Of a stretch of DNA of 64,000 nucleotides, positions 8,985 to 17,668 are shown one piece after another. Below the pieces are notes generated by a model that saw only the letters and a program-made list of their open reading frames with translations, was not told the origin of the DNA and did no database searches. Positions within the stretch are counted from its first letter, which is position 1, and each line of letters opens with the position of its first letter. Source of the stretch: Minicystis rosea (GTDB taxonomy: Bacteria > Myxococcota_A > Polyangia > Polyangiales > Polyangiaceae); the NCBI GenBank assembly GCA_001931535.1, contig CP016211.1, positions 4,311,573 to 4,375,572 on the forward strand, in the 5' to 3' direction. The position numbers and the translations under genes are program-made.

Positions 8985-11900
8985 TCAAGCAGCGTTCACC
9001 GTCTCTTGGCGCTTGGGGCCGGCGCAGGGGAGCTCGACGACGAACGAGGAGCCGGAGCCGATGGTGCTGACGGCGCGCACGGAGCCGCCCAACGCGCCGA
9101 CGATCTCGCGGACGATGTAGAGGCCGAGACCGAGGCCGCCGTAGTGCTCGACGGAGACGCCGCGCTCGAAGCGGTCGAAGATGCGCGAGAGCTGCGCGGG
9201 GTCGATGCCGATGCCTTGATCTTCGACGACGAGGCGCGCGGTGCCGGCGTGGGCGTCGACGGTGACGGCGATGGGCTTGCCCTTGCCGAACTTGGCGGCG
9301 TTGGTGAGCAGGTTGGTCGCGACTTGAACGAGGCGCGCGCGATCCCAGAGGCCGGTGACGGGAACGTCGGCGTGCAGCGAGATGGTGCAGCGGGCTCGTT
9401 CGAGATCCGAGCTGAGCCGATCGATGGCGTCGCGGGCGACGCGCGAGAGGTCGACGGGCTCCACGTCGAGCTCCAGGCGGCCTTCGCGGATGCGGGAGAT
9501 GTCGAGCATCTCGCCGACGAGCGTGGCGAGGCGCAGGCCCTGGCGCTCGACGAGGAGGAGCGCGCGGTTGAGGCGCTCGGACGGCGGAGAGATCTTGGAT
9601 CGTGAGAGCGCCTGCACGGCGAGCTGGAGCGAGGTGATGGGCGTGTTGAGCTCGTGCGAGGCGACGGCGACGAAGTCCTCGCGGAGGCGGATGGCCTCCT
9701 GCGCTTGCTGGTAGAGGCGCGCGTTGTCGATGGAGAACGCGGCGCGGCGAGCGAGCTCCTCGGCGAGCGCGACCTCGGTGGGGCCGTAGGTGAGACGGGT
9801 CGAGGCGGTGAAGAAGGTCATCGCGCCGAGGCTGCGATCGCGCGCGATGAGCGGGACGGCGATGAGCGATCGGCTCCCGAGGGCGCGGATGAGCTCGATG
9901 TGGCGCGTGTCCGTGCTGATGGCGGCGAGCAAGGCGTCGCTGAGATCGGCGCAGAGGTACGGGGCGCCGGTGCGGATGGCGACGGCCGCGGGGATGCCGG
10001 ACTCGGGGCGCGGCGGGTAGCGCTCGCAGAGCTCGCGGAGGAGAGGATCCTTCACGGGATCGAAGTGCGCGGCGGCGACGCGCTCCAAGGTGGCGGCCCG
10101 ATCGAAGACGTCGACGACGCACCAGTCGGCGAGGTACGGGACGGCGAGGCGCGCGACCTTGACCAGCGTGGCTTCGTAGTCGAGCGACTCCGAGAGGAGC
10201 GCGCTCGCCTCCGCGAGGAAGCGGAGGGCCTGCTCGGCGCGGGCGCGCTCGCCGATTTCGATCTTGAGCTTCTCGAAGAGGAGGCTGTTGTCGAGGGAGA
10301 CGGCGATCTCCGAGGAGAGCAGCTCGACCACGCGCACGCGGCAGGTGGTGAACGCGCGCGTCGTCAGATCGTTCTCCAGGTAGAGCACGCCGGCCGTGCG
10401 CGCCTGCTTGCGGATGGGGACGGCGAGCACGGAGCGAACGGCGCGCGCTGCGATGTGTGGGTCTCCGGTGAAGCGGCCCTGATGGGCGGCGTCCGCGAGG
10501 ACGACGGAGTCCCCGGTGCGAAAGACATCCTCGATGAGGGTACACGGGAGCTCTCCGGCCGCGGCGAGCGGGGTGGGCGCGACGCTCACGGCCTCGGAGA
10601 CGACGCCCACCGCGCGCACGACACGCGCGCCCTCTTCGTCGAGGATCAAGGCGCCGCGCTGCGCGCCCGCCGCTTCGAGGCACACCGTCATGAGCTTCTC
10701 GAGCAGGCGATCGAGCACGACCTCGCTGGAGAGCGTTTCGGCGGCCTTGAGCAGGCTGATGACGTCGAGCGCCGCGCCGGCGGTCTCGTCGACGATGGGC
10801 CCGGGTGAGGAAGCGGCCTGCGCGGCGAGGAGGCCGCGAAACTCTTCTTCGAGCGCCTCGGCCTTGGCGTTCGCGCCCCAGCGCGCATAGCTCTGGACGG
10901 CGGCTTGGAGATGATACGCCGCGGTGGTGCGCCGGCCGCGCGCGTGCAGGCAACGGCCGGCGAGCTCGCGGGAGAGCGCCTCGTCTTGGAGGAAGCGCTC
11001 GCGGCACGCGCCGTCGATGGCCTGCTCGTAGAGATCGAGCTGCTCGTCGAGCGTGCCGCCGGTGATGCGCGCGAGCTCGGCCGAGACGAGCAGGTGCTTG
11101 TGCCGGTAGCTCTCGGGACAGCGGAGCGCCCAGCGCGCGAGACGCCGCTGGTTCTCGGTGATCGCGGCGACGAGACGCTCGCGCTCCTCGGGCGCGGCGA
11201 AGGCGCAGCTCGCGGCGAGCGCGAGCGACGTGTAGACGTTGTAGTCCACGACGACGATGGTGCCGCGCACGGCCGCGAGGTGCGCGGTCGCGGCGGCCGA
11301 CATGGCCCGCGCGCCGGCGAGATCGCCGAGGAGATAGCGCGCTTGCAAGGCCAGGGTCTCGTACCGACAAACGAGCGCGGGCTTGGTGCGCCGGGCCTCG
11401 TCGAGGAAGCCACACGTGTCGAACTCGTCGTCGTCGAAGGTCAGGCCGCGCGTTCGTCCTTGGAGGCAGCGGACCGCTTGACGTTGCAGGTAGAACGCCA
11501 TGAGCGCGCTGTGGTTCTCGAGCTTGCGCGCGAAGCCGATGGAGTCCTCGATGTCGGCGAGCACCTGATCGAGCTCGGCGCCCATGGCGAAGCGGTGCGG
11601 GACTGCGTACTCGCGCGCGAAGGCGGCGTACTCGAGATCCCCGCACGCGAGCGACGCTTCGAGGGCCCGGCGAAAGTGGTGGAGGGTCGCGCGGAGCGGG
11701 CCGTGCCAGTGGCTCATGAGGAACGAGAAGCCGAACTGCGCGCGGCACTCGTGGCGGAGCGTGCCGTGACGGCGCGCGAGATCGAGGCCGATGCGGCTCA
11801 GCCAATAGCCCGCGGTGAAGTCGTCATGCGTGTCGCCGAGGACCATCCCGAAGCGGGTGAACGCGCCGCCCGACTCGGGCGCCATGCCATGACGGAGCGA

Positions 11901-14687
11901 GAGGCCGACCATGCGCGTCACCACGAACGAGAACAGCCCCGTGCAGACGGCGAGCCACGTGACCGCGGTGAGGTTCGAGAGGATGCGCATGCAGGCGAGG
12001 ACGTCGGGCTCGTGCATGGCCGGCGCGGCGAGGAGATCCTCTTCGGTGAGGTTCTGGAGGAGGCCCTGGATCTCGACGAGCTCGGTGCGCGCGACGATCG
12101 CGGCTTCGCCTTCGTCGGGGAGCACCAGACCGAAGCGCGCGAGCGCCTCGCGCGCCCAGCCGATCGCCCCGGCGCTGTCCTGCGCCACGGTGCTCGTGAT
12201 GATGCGCTGGCAATCCATGTCGACGCGATCGACGGCGGTCGGAGCGAGCGCGATGGCCTCGTCGATGCGCGCGATCGCGCCGGCAAAATCGCCGGTGAGA
12301 TACGCGTCCTCCGCGGCCTCGCGCGTGAGGGCATAGCGCAGCGTCTGGTGCGATCCACCCACCTCGGCCGGAAGCAGCGCGAGCCCCCGCGTCGCGTAGC
12401 GCAGCGCCTGACCGAACGCCGAGGCTCCCCTCGCCTTCACGGCCGCGCGCAGCATGAGCTCGGCCACCCGGGTGCGATCGGGCTCGTCGTGCAGGAGATC
12501 CGCGCCGCGATCGAGCTGATCGACCGCCGCGAAGAGGTGCTCTTCGATCTCGCGCTCCCCACCTTCGAGCAGCAGAAAGCCGGCCCGGAGGTGGAGCTGC
12601 TGCTGCTCCTCGGCGGAGAGCAGCGAGTAGGCGGCCTGCTGCACGCGATCGTGCACGAACCGATAGACGGCGCCCGGCGCGACGGCCGCCTCACCGCCCG
12701 CGTCGTCCAACGACGCGGAGGTCAGCGACGAAGGATCGGGGACGAGCAGCCCCTCGCGGAGCGCGCTCCACAGCTCGTTGGAGACGGCGGCGACGGGCGC
12801 GCGATCGATGGCGGCGAGCAGGCCGATCTCGATCTTGCCGGGCAGACACGACGCGACCATGAGCACGCGCTGGGTGCGCTTCGGCAGCCGGCGGATGGTG
12901 GTGCCCATCAGCTCGAGCACGTTCTCGGTCACGTCCGCGGCGACGGCGCGGCGCGCGTCCCAGATCCACGCGCCGCGCTCGCGATCGAAGGCGATGAGCC
13001 CCGATCGATGGAGATGCCGCAGGAAGCGCTCGACGAAGAACGGGTTGCCCGCCGTCTTCTGCTGCACGATCGCGGCGAGCGGCCGAGCCCGGTCGGGCGA
13101 GCAGCGCAGGACGTCGGCGCAAAGCAGGGTGAGCGCGTCGAGATCGAGCGGCGCGAGGGGCACGCTCTGCACCGCGATCCCCGCGCGCCGGATGGTGTCG
13201 AGCGTGCGCGTGAGCGGGTGCTCCTCGGTGACCTCGTCGGATCGGTAGGAGCCGACGATCAGCACGTGGCGCACCTCGGGGCCGGCCAGCGCGCGGAGGA
13301 GCCGGAGCGACGCGGCGTCGGCCCACTGGAGATCGTCGAGGAACAAGACGAGCGGGCTCCCCTTCGCCGCGAGGGCTTGGACGATCGGATGAATCATCAG
13401 CGCGAGGCGGCTCATCTCGGCGCCCGCCGCGGCGCCTTCGTAGCCGAGCAGCTCGGCGAGCTCGGGCACCAGCGCGGCGGCGATGGGGACCACGCCGCGA
13501 AGGGCCTCGCCGATGCGCCCTCGCCACACGTCCACGACCGCTTTCGGCTCGCGCAAGAGGCGCCGCACGAGATCGCGCGTGGCCTCGACGACGGCCCCGT
13601 GAGGGATGTTGCGGCGCAGCTCGTCGAACTTGACCGAGAGGCAGCGCGCGCCGTGCGCCGAAGGTGACGCGAGCGCGCCGCGCACCAGCGTCGACTTGCC
13701 CACGCCCGCGCTCCCGGTCACGAGGAACAGCTCGATCGCGCCGGCGGCCGCGCGCGAGAGCGCCTCGGCGAGCGCGCTCGTCTCGCGATCGCGCCCGCGG
13801 ATCGTGCCGGGAATGACGAGCTCGCGCTCCCGATCGAGCCGGCCCAGATCGAAAGGATCGATCGCGCCGCTCGCGCGGTGGCGGCGCTCGATCTCGCGCA
13901 GATCCGCGGCCAGCGCTTCGGCGCTCTGGTAGCGCTGCTCGGGCATCTTCGCGAGCAGCTTGAGCACGAGCTCGCCGAGGATGGGCGGCACCGCCCGGTT
14001 GGTGTCGGTCGGCGGCGCCGGCGCGCGCGCCAGGTGCGCGTGCACGAGCTCGGCCGGATCGCTCGCCGAGAACGGCGGGCGCCCGGTGATCATCTCGTAG
14101 AACGTCGCGCCCAACGAGTAGAGGTCGGCGCGGTGATCGACGAGCCGGCTGATGCGACCCGTCTGCTCGGGCGCGATCGCGCGCAACGTGCCCTCGAACT
14201 CCGCGGCCGCGCCCTGCGCGCCGGACGCGCTCGTGGCCAGGCCGAAGTCGATCACCGTGAAGCGATCGCCGTCCTCGCTGACCACGATGTTGGTCGCGTT
14301 GAGATCGCGGTGGATGATGTTCTCGCGGTGGATCCCCGCGATGGTGTCGGCGAGCTGGATGGCGCGCGCGAGGAAGGCGGAGACCCCCAACGGGCGGCGC
14401 CGCAGCCAATCCTTGAGGTTGTGCGAACCGGCGTCCTCGAGGACGAGCGCCGCGACGCCCTCCACCTCGACGCGCCCGAACGATCGAACCACGCCGGGCA
14501 CGGAGGCGAGCGCCTCGATCATCTCCTGCTCGTGATCGAGCAACGCCGCGCTCTGCGCCGCGCGGCGCCCCGAGCGCACGAGCTTGAGGATGCGCGGCGC
14601 GCCGTCGGCATCCGTCACCCGAGCCACGGAGTAGCGACGCCCGCGGTGGATCTCCTGCTGCTCGACGTACGGACCACCCTGGCTCAT
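8985..14687 (-). CDS. multidomain sensor: Hanks-type Ser/Thr protein kinase + AAA/STAND-like P-loop ATPase + TPR-like helical repeats + two GAF domains + histidine kinase (HisKA/HATPase_c), about 1900 aa
   Basis: N-terminus has HRDLNATNIVV and DFGLA kinase motifs. A Walker A (LVTGSAGVGKST) follows, then a long helical repeat region. GAF-like segments come next, then REDFVAVASHELNTPITS (H-box) and a C-terminal DxGxG/GLGLGL ATP-binding box. Start at the ATG at 14687; the ORF opens at 14798. Confidence 0.85.
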   Translation of the reverse strand: MSQGGPYVEQQEIHRGRRYSVARVTDADGAPRILKLVRSGRRAAQSAALLDHEQEMIEALASVPGVVRSFGRVEVEGVAALVLEDAGSHNLKDWLRRRPLGVSAFLARAIQLADTIAGIHRENIIHRDLNATNIVVSEDGDRFTVIDFGLATSASGAQGAAAEFEGTLRAIAPEQTGRISRLVDHRADLYSLGATFYEMITGRPPFSASDPAELVHAHLARAPAPPTDTNRAVPPILGELVLKLLAKMPEQRYQSAEALAADLREIERRHRASGAIDPFDLGRLDRERELVIPGTIRGRDRETSALAEALSRAAAGAIELFLVTGSAGVGKSTLVRGALASPSAHGARCLSVKFDELRRNIPHGAVVEATRDLVRRLLREPKAVVDVWRGRIGEALRGVVPIAAALVPELAELLGYEGAAAGAEMSRLALMIHPIVQALAAKGSPLVLFLDDLQWADAASLRLLRALAGPEVRHVLIVGSYRSDEVTEEHPLTRTLDTIRRAGIAVQSVPLAPLDLDALTLLCADVLRCSPDRARPLAAIVQQKTAGNPFFVERFLRHLHRSGLIAFDRERGAWIWDARRAVAADVTENVLELMGTTIRRLPKRTQRVLMVASCLPGKIEIGLLAAIDRAPVAAVSNELWSALREGLLVPDPSSLTSASLDDAGGEAAVAPGAVYRFVHDRVQQAAYSLLSAEEQQQLHLRAGFLLLEGGEREIEEHLFAAVDQLDRGADLLHDEPDRTRVAELMLRAAVKARGASAFGQALRYATRGLALLPAEVGGSHQTLRYALTREAAEDAYLTGDFAGAIARIDEAIALAPTAVDRVDMDCQRIITSTVAQDSAGAIGWAREALARFGLVLPDEGEAAIVARTELVEIQGLLQNLTEEDLLAAPAMHEPDVLACMRILSNLTAVTWLAVCTGLFSFVVTRMVGLSLRHGMAPESGGAFTRFGMVLGDTHDDFTAGYWLSRIGLDLARRHGTLRHECRAQFGFSFLMSHWHGPLRATLHHFRRALEASLACGDLEYAAFAREYAVPHRFAMGAELDQVLADIEDSIGFARKLENHSALMAFYLQRQAVRCLQGRTRGLTFDDDEFDTCGFLDEARRTKPALVCRYETLALQARYLLGDLAGARAMSAAATAHLAAVRGTIVVVDYNVYTSLALAASCAFAAPEERERLVAAITENQRRLARWALRCPESYRHKHLLVSAELARITGGTLDEQLDLYEQAIDGACRERFLQDEALSRELAGRCLHARGRRTTAAYHLQAAVQSYARWGANAKAEALEEEFRGLLAAQAASSPGPIVDETAGAALDVISLLKAAETLSSEVVLDRLLEKLMTVCLEAAGAQRGALILDEEGARVVRAVGVVSEAVSVAPTPLAAAGELPCTLIEDVFRTGDSVVLADAAHQGRFTGDPHIAARAVRSVLAVPIRKQARTAGVLYLENDLTTRAFTTCRVRVVELLSSEIAVSLDNSLLFEKLKIEIGERARAEQALRFLAEASALLSESLDYEATLVKVARLAVPYLADWCVVDVFDRAATLERVAAAHFDPVKDPLLRELCERYPPRPESGIPAAVAIRTGAPYLCADLSDALLAAISTDTRHIELIRALGSRSLIAVPLIARDRSLGAMTFFTASTRLTYGPTEVALAEELARRAAFSIDNARLYQQAQEAIRLREDFVAVASHELNTPITSLQLAVQALSRSKISPPSERLNRALLLVERQGLRLATLVGEMLDISRIREGRLELDVEPVDLSRVARDAIDRLSSDLERARCTISLHADVPVTGLWDRARLVQVATNLLTNAAKFGKGKPIAVTVDAHAGTARLVVEDQGIGIDPAQLSRIFDRFERGVSVEHYGGLGLGLYIVREIVGALGGSVRAVSTIGSGSSFVVELPCAGPKRQETVNAA

Positions 14688-14910
14688 GCACACGCAGCGG
14701 CGCGCCGATGCGGCGACGCCGAGCTCCCCCGCTCGCGGCGCGCCCTTCGTTCGGGCGCCGCCACGAGGCCCGCGCTCAACATGGCCCTCCTCCTGCAAGG
14801 GCGGGACCCTGCCGCAATCGGATCAAGGCCGGCTCGTCCGGCCGGGGTTTGGGGCCGCTTGCGGCCCCATCGTGATCACGCGTTCGTCGAGATGGGCGAG
14901 CCGAGGAGCG

Positions 14911-15711
14911 CTACTTGATCACGGCCATCGTCTGGTGGTTCCGCGCGACGAGGCGCCCGTCCTCGCCCCACAGCTCGCGCGTCTCCAGCGTGTAGCCGTC
15001 GCGCGCGGCGATGCTCTTCGAGGCGTGGTAGAGCGGCGCCTCCGGATCGAGCCCGGCGAGCGAGCCGATGAGCTCCAGCGTGAAGGTCAACGTCGCGATG
15101 GGCCGCGGGCTCGAGAGCCGCGCGGCGATAGCCGGCCACCACGCATCGATGCACGCCGTGAGGTAGGCCGCGTCGCGCGCCGCGCCCGGGTTGCGCGGCC
15201 TGATCCAACCGGAAGCGATGGCCTCGGCACCGCCGCTGAAAGGCGGCGGCCCGCTCACGCGATACTCGAAGTTCTCCGCGAACACGGGCCCGATCGGCGC
15301 CGCCACCGGGATCACCGGCACGCTTCGCCACGGAGGCATCGGCGTCGGCGCCGGGAGATGACAGAAGTCGGTGTCGTCGCTGCGCTTCTTGGCGAGCACG
15401 CCGACCGCGTGCGCGAGGGCTTCACCTTCAGCCTCGATGCGCGCGGCGATGGTGGAGACGCCGCTGCCCGTGCGCAGCCGCTCGACGCGGATGGTGCACG
15501 GGCCCGGCGGCACGGGGCCGCAACACTCCGCGGTGAGCGAGCGCAGCACGCGCTCCGGCGCCGCGTCGAACGCCTCGATGGCGCGGACGAGGTTCGCGAT
15601 CACGAGCCCGCCGAACGCGCCGCGCCCCTGCTGCCAACCATCGGGGATCTCGGCCTGGAAGCGATCGACGTCGAGGCGCTTCGGGGTCGTGAGGGACTGA
15701 AGATCGGACAT
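14911..15711 (-). CDS. acyl-CoA thioesterase II-like (double hot-dog) protein
   Basis: 266 aa. The GRGAFGGLVIANLVRAIE segment resembles the TesB-family N-terminal hot-dog. Confidence 0.7.
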   Translation of the reverse strand: MSDLQSLTTPKRLDVDRFQAEIPDGWQQGRGAFGGLVIANLVRAIEAFDAAPERVLRSLTAECCGPVPPGPCTIRVERLRTGSGVSTIAARIEAEGEALAHAVGVLAKKRSDDTDFCHLPAPTPMPPWRSVPVIPVAAPIGPVFAENFEYRVSGPPPFSGGAEAIASGWIRPRNPGAARDAAYLTACIDAWWPAIAARLSSPRPIATLTFTLELIGSLAGLDPEAPLYHASKSIAARDGYTLETRELWGEDGRLVARNHQTMAVIK

Positions 15712-15850
15712 GAGCTCCCGTTATGGGGCCGCGTGCGCGGTCGGAAAGATGTCGATCGTAATATGTCGCGCGAGCGCCCCGGCGCCAGGCATCTCTGACG
15801 ACCCCGCGAGCGAGCAATCGCCCCGTGTTCCAATCTCAGAAGGAGAAGGA

Positions 15851-15943
15851 GCGCCAAGGCGCAAGAGACGCAAAGGCGCAAAAAGGCCGGGGGAGATTGA
15901 GCCTCTCTGCCGTTTTGCGTCTTTGCTTCTTGGCGTCTTGGCG
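15851..15943. terminator. imperfect inverted repeat / stem-loop with reiterated CGCCAA/TTGGCG hexamers between two minus-strand genes
   Basis: Left arm gcgccaaggcgcaagagacgcaaaggcgcaaaa, right arm ttttgcgtctttgcttcttggcgtcttggcg. Lies downstream of the TPR gene and upstream of the thioesterase gene. Confidence 0.3.
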
Positions 15944-16054
15944 TTTCTTCCGGCCCGGCTCGAGCGCGCTCGATCGTCGATGCGAGGATCTACGCAGTCA
16001 TCGAAGCGAGGAAAGCCGACGCGACGGGGCTCACGCAGCTTCGTCGGTCACAGC

Positions 16055-17575
16055 TCAGCCGGCGGTGCCCCCGGAAGCCTCGGGCGGCGCTTCATCGATG
16101 GACTTCACCGCGCGCTTGGCGCGCTTGCGGATGTCGACGTGCAGCCGGTCGTCGAAGTTGATGGCCGAGAACGCGCCACGCGCTTCGATCTTCTTGCCGA
16201 GGCCGGCGTAAGCCTCGGCCTCGTTCCAGCGGAGCTTCCAGTCGCGCGAGCTCATGTCGGTGATCTTCTCGGCGTCGGCGAGGATCTCCGTGTAGCGCTG
16301 GTGACGGCCGAGCTCGCTCCAGTACTCGGCGCGCAGCTCGTCGTCGGTGGGCGTGAGCGCGAGGGCCTTCTGGAACAGCTCCATCGCGTCGTCGATGCGC
16401 CCGGTGGCGAGGTACGCGCGCGCCAGCGTCCGCTTCGCGCCCGCGGCCTCCGGGTGCGCGTCGACGAACTTCTGCAGCTCGGGCACGGCGTCGCCGATGC
16501 GCTTGATGTCGTTTTGATCCGAAGGCCAGTAGCGGAACATGAGCGCCGCGAGATCGCCCGGATCGATGGCGAGCGCCTCTTCGACCGCGGCGAGGCTCGC
16601 GTCCACGCTGCCTGCGGCGCCGAGGCTCTTGGCCCGCTCCACGCGCGCACCCGACGACTTCGGCGCCTTCTCGATGTACGCGTCGATCGCGGCGAGCGAC
16701 TCGGTGATGCGCCCCAGCGCGCGGAGCGCGGCCACGCGCGCGAGCTCGGCCCGCTCGTTCCCTGCGTCGCCGGACGCCGTCACCGCGCGCTCGGCGGCGG
16801 CGAGCGCCACGTCGTGGCGGCCCTCGCGCTCGTGGTAAGCGAGCTGCTCGAGGAAGAAGGCCGCGTCGCGCGCCTCCGCATCCCAAAGCTCGCCGAGGTA
16901 CTGCACCACGGCGTCGGTGCGCACGTAGGTGAGCGAGGCCGCATCGCGCGGGTTCTCGTAGATGGCGCGGAGCACGCCGAGCTGGAGGAGCGCGTCGAGC
17001 GCGGGCTGGCAGTCGGGCTTGGCTTCGAGCGCGAGCACCATCTCGTTGAGCGCGTTGTCCTTGTCCTGCTTGCGCAGGTACACGTGGCCGACGGCCACGT
17101 GGTAGTCCGGGTCGCCTTCGAACGACTCGCGGATGGCCTTGAAGTTCTTGAGCGCGCCGTCGTAATCGCCCGTGTTCGCCAGCGCGGAAGCGAGGTTCAG
17201 CTTCGCCGCGTGGTCGTCGGCGTTCATGATCGTGATGCGCTTCAGGACGGTGATGGCGCCCGCGTAGTCATCGGTCGCGAAGGCCTTCTGCGCCTTCTCC
17301 CAGAGCGCGGCGTTGTCGATGAAGCCCTCGAGCTGCGTGACCAGGCCCGAGTTGCGGCGGCGCCACGTGCCGTCCTGACCGGCGGGCGACTCGGTGAGGA
17401 ACGCCTTCACCCACTTGCGCGCCAGATCGATGTTGAGGCCCTTGTCGGCGATGCCCTCGAAGTCGGCCTTGGGCACCGGGATCTGCTGCGGCAGCCCCTG
17501 GCGGCGCGCCATCTTCGGGTCCATGCCGATCATCAGCCAACCGCCTTGGTCCTCGCCGTCCTTGGGCTTGCTCAT
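16055..17575 (-). CDS. TPR-repeat protein
   Basis: Repeated TPR-like helical hairpins (AKLNLASALANTGDYDGALKNFKAI, AVGHVYLRKQDKDNALNEMVLALEA and others). Start taken at the ATG at 17575 (MSKPKDGED...); the ORF opens at 17647. Confidence 0.7.
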   Translation of the reverse strand: MSKPKDGEDQGGWLMIGMDPKMARRQGLPQQIPVPKADFEGIADKGLNIDLARKWVKAFLTESPAGQDGTWRRRNSGLVTQLEGFIDNAALWEKAQKAFATDDYAGAITVLKRITIMNADDHAAKLNLASALANTGDYDGALKNFKAIRESFEGDPDYHVAVGHVYLRKQDKDNALNEMVLALEAKPDCQPALDALLQLGVLRAIYENPRDAASLTYVRTDAVVQYLGELWDAEARDAAFFLEQLAYHEREGRHDVALAAAERAVTASGDAGNERAELARVAALRALGRITESLAAIDAYIEKAPKSSGARVERAKSLGAAGSVDASLAAVEEALAIDPGDLAALMFRYWPSDQNDIKRIGDAVPELQKFVDAHPEAAGAKRTLARAYLATGRIDDAMELFQKALALTPTDDELRAEYWSELGRHQRYTEILADAEKITDMSSRDWKLRWNEAEAYAGLGKKIEARGAFSAINFDDRLHVDIRKRAKRAVKSIDEAPPEASGGTAG

Positions 17576-17668
17576 GGCGAACGACGGTAGCGGGCGGCAA
17601 GGCCCGAGATCAAGCGCCGGCTCGCCCAGCACAGGGCTTCCGGCCATCGTGATCGACCCCGGCGCGGG

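Noticed and set aside
8635-13667. 1056-aa minus ORF (8635..11805) and 920-aa plus ORF (10905..13667)
   Set aside because: Off-frame or antisense overlaps of the 1900-aa kinase/HK gene, whose frame carries all the recognisable motifs.
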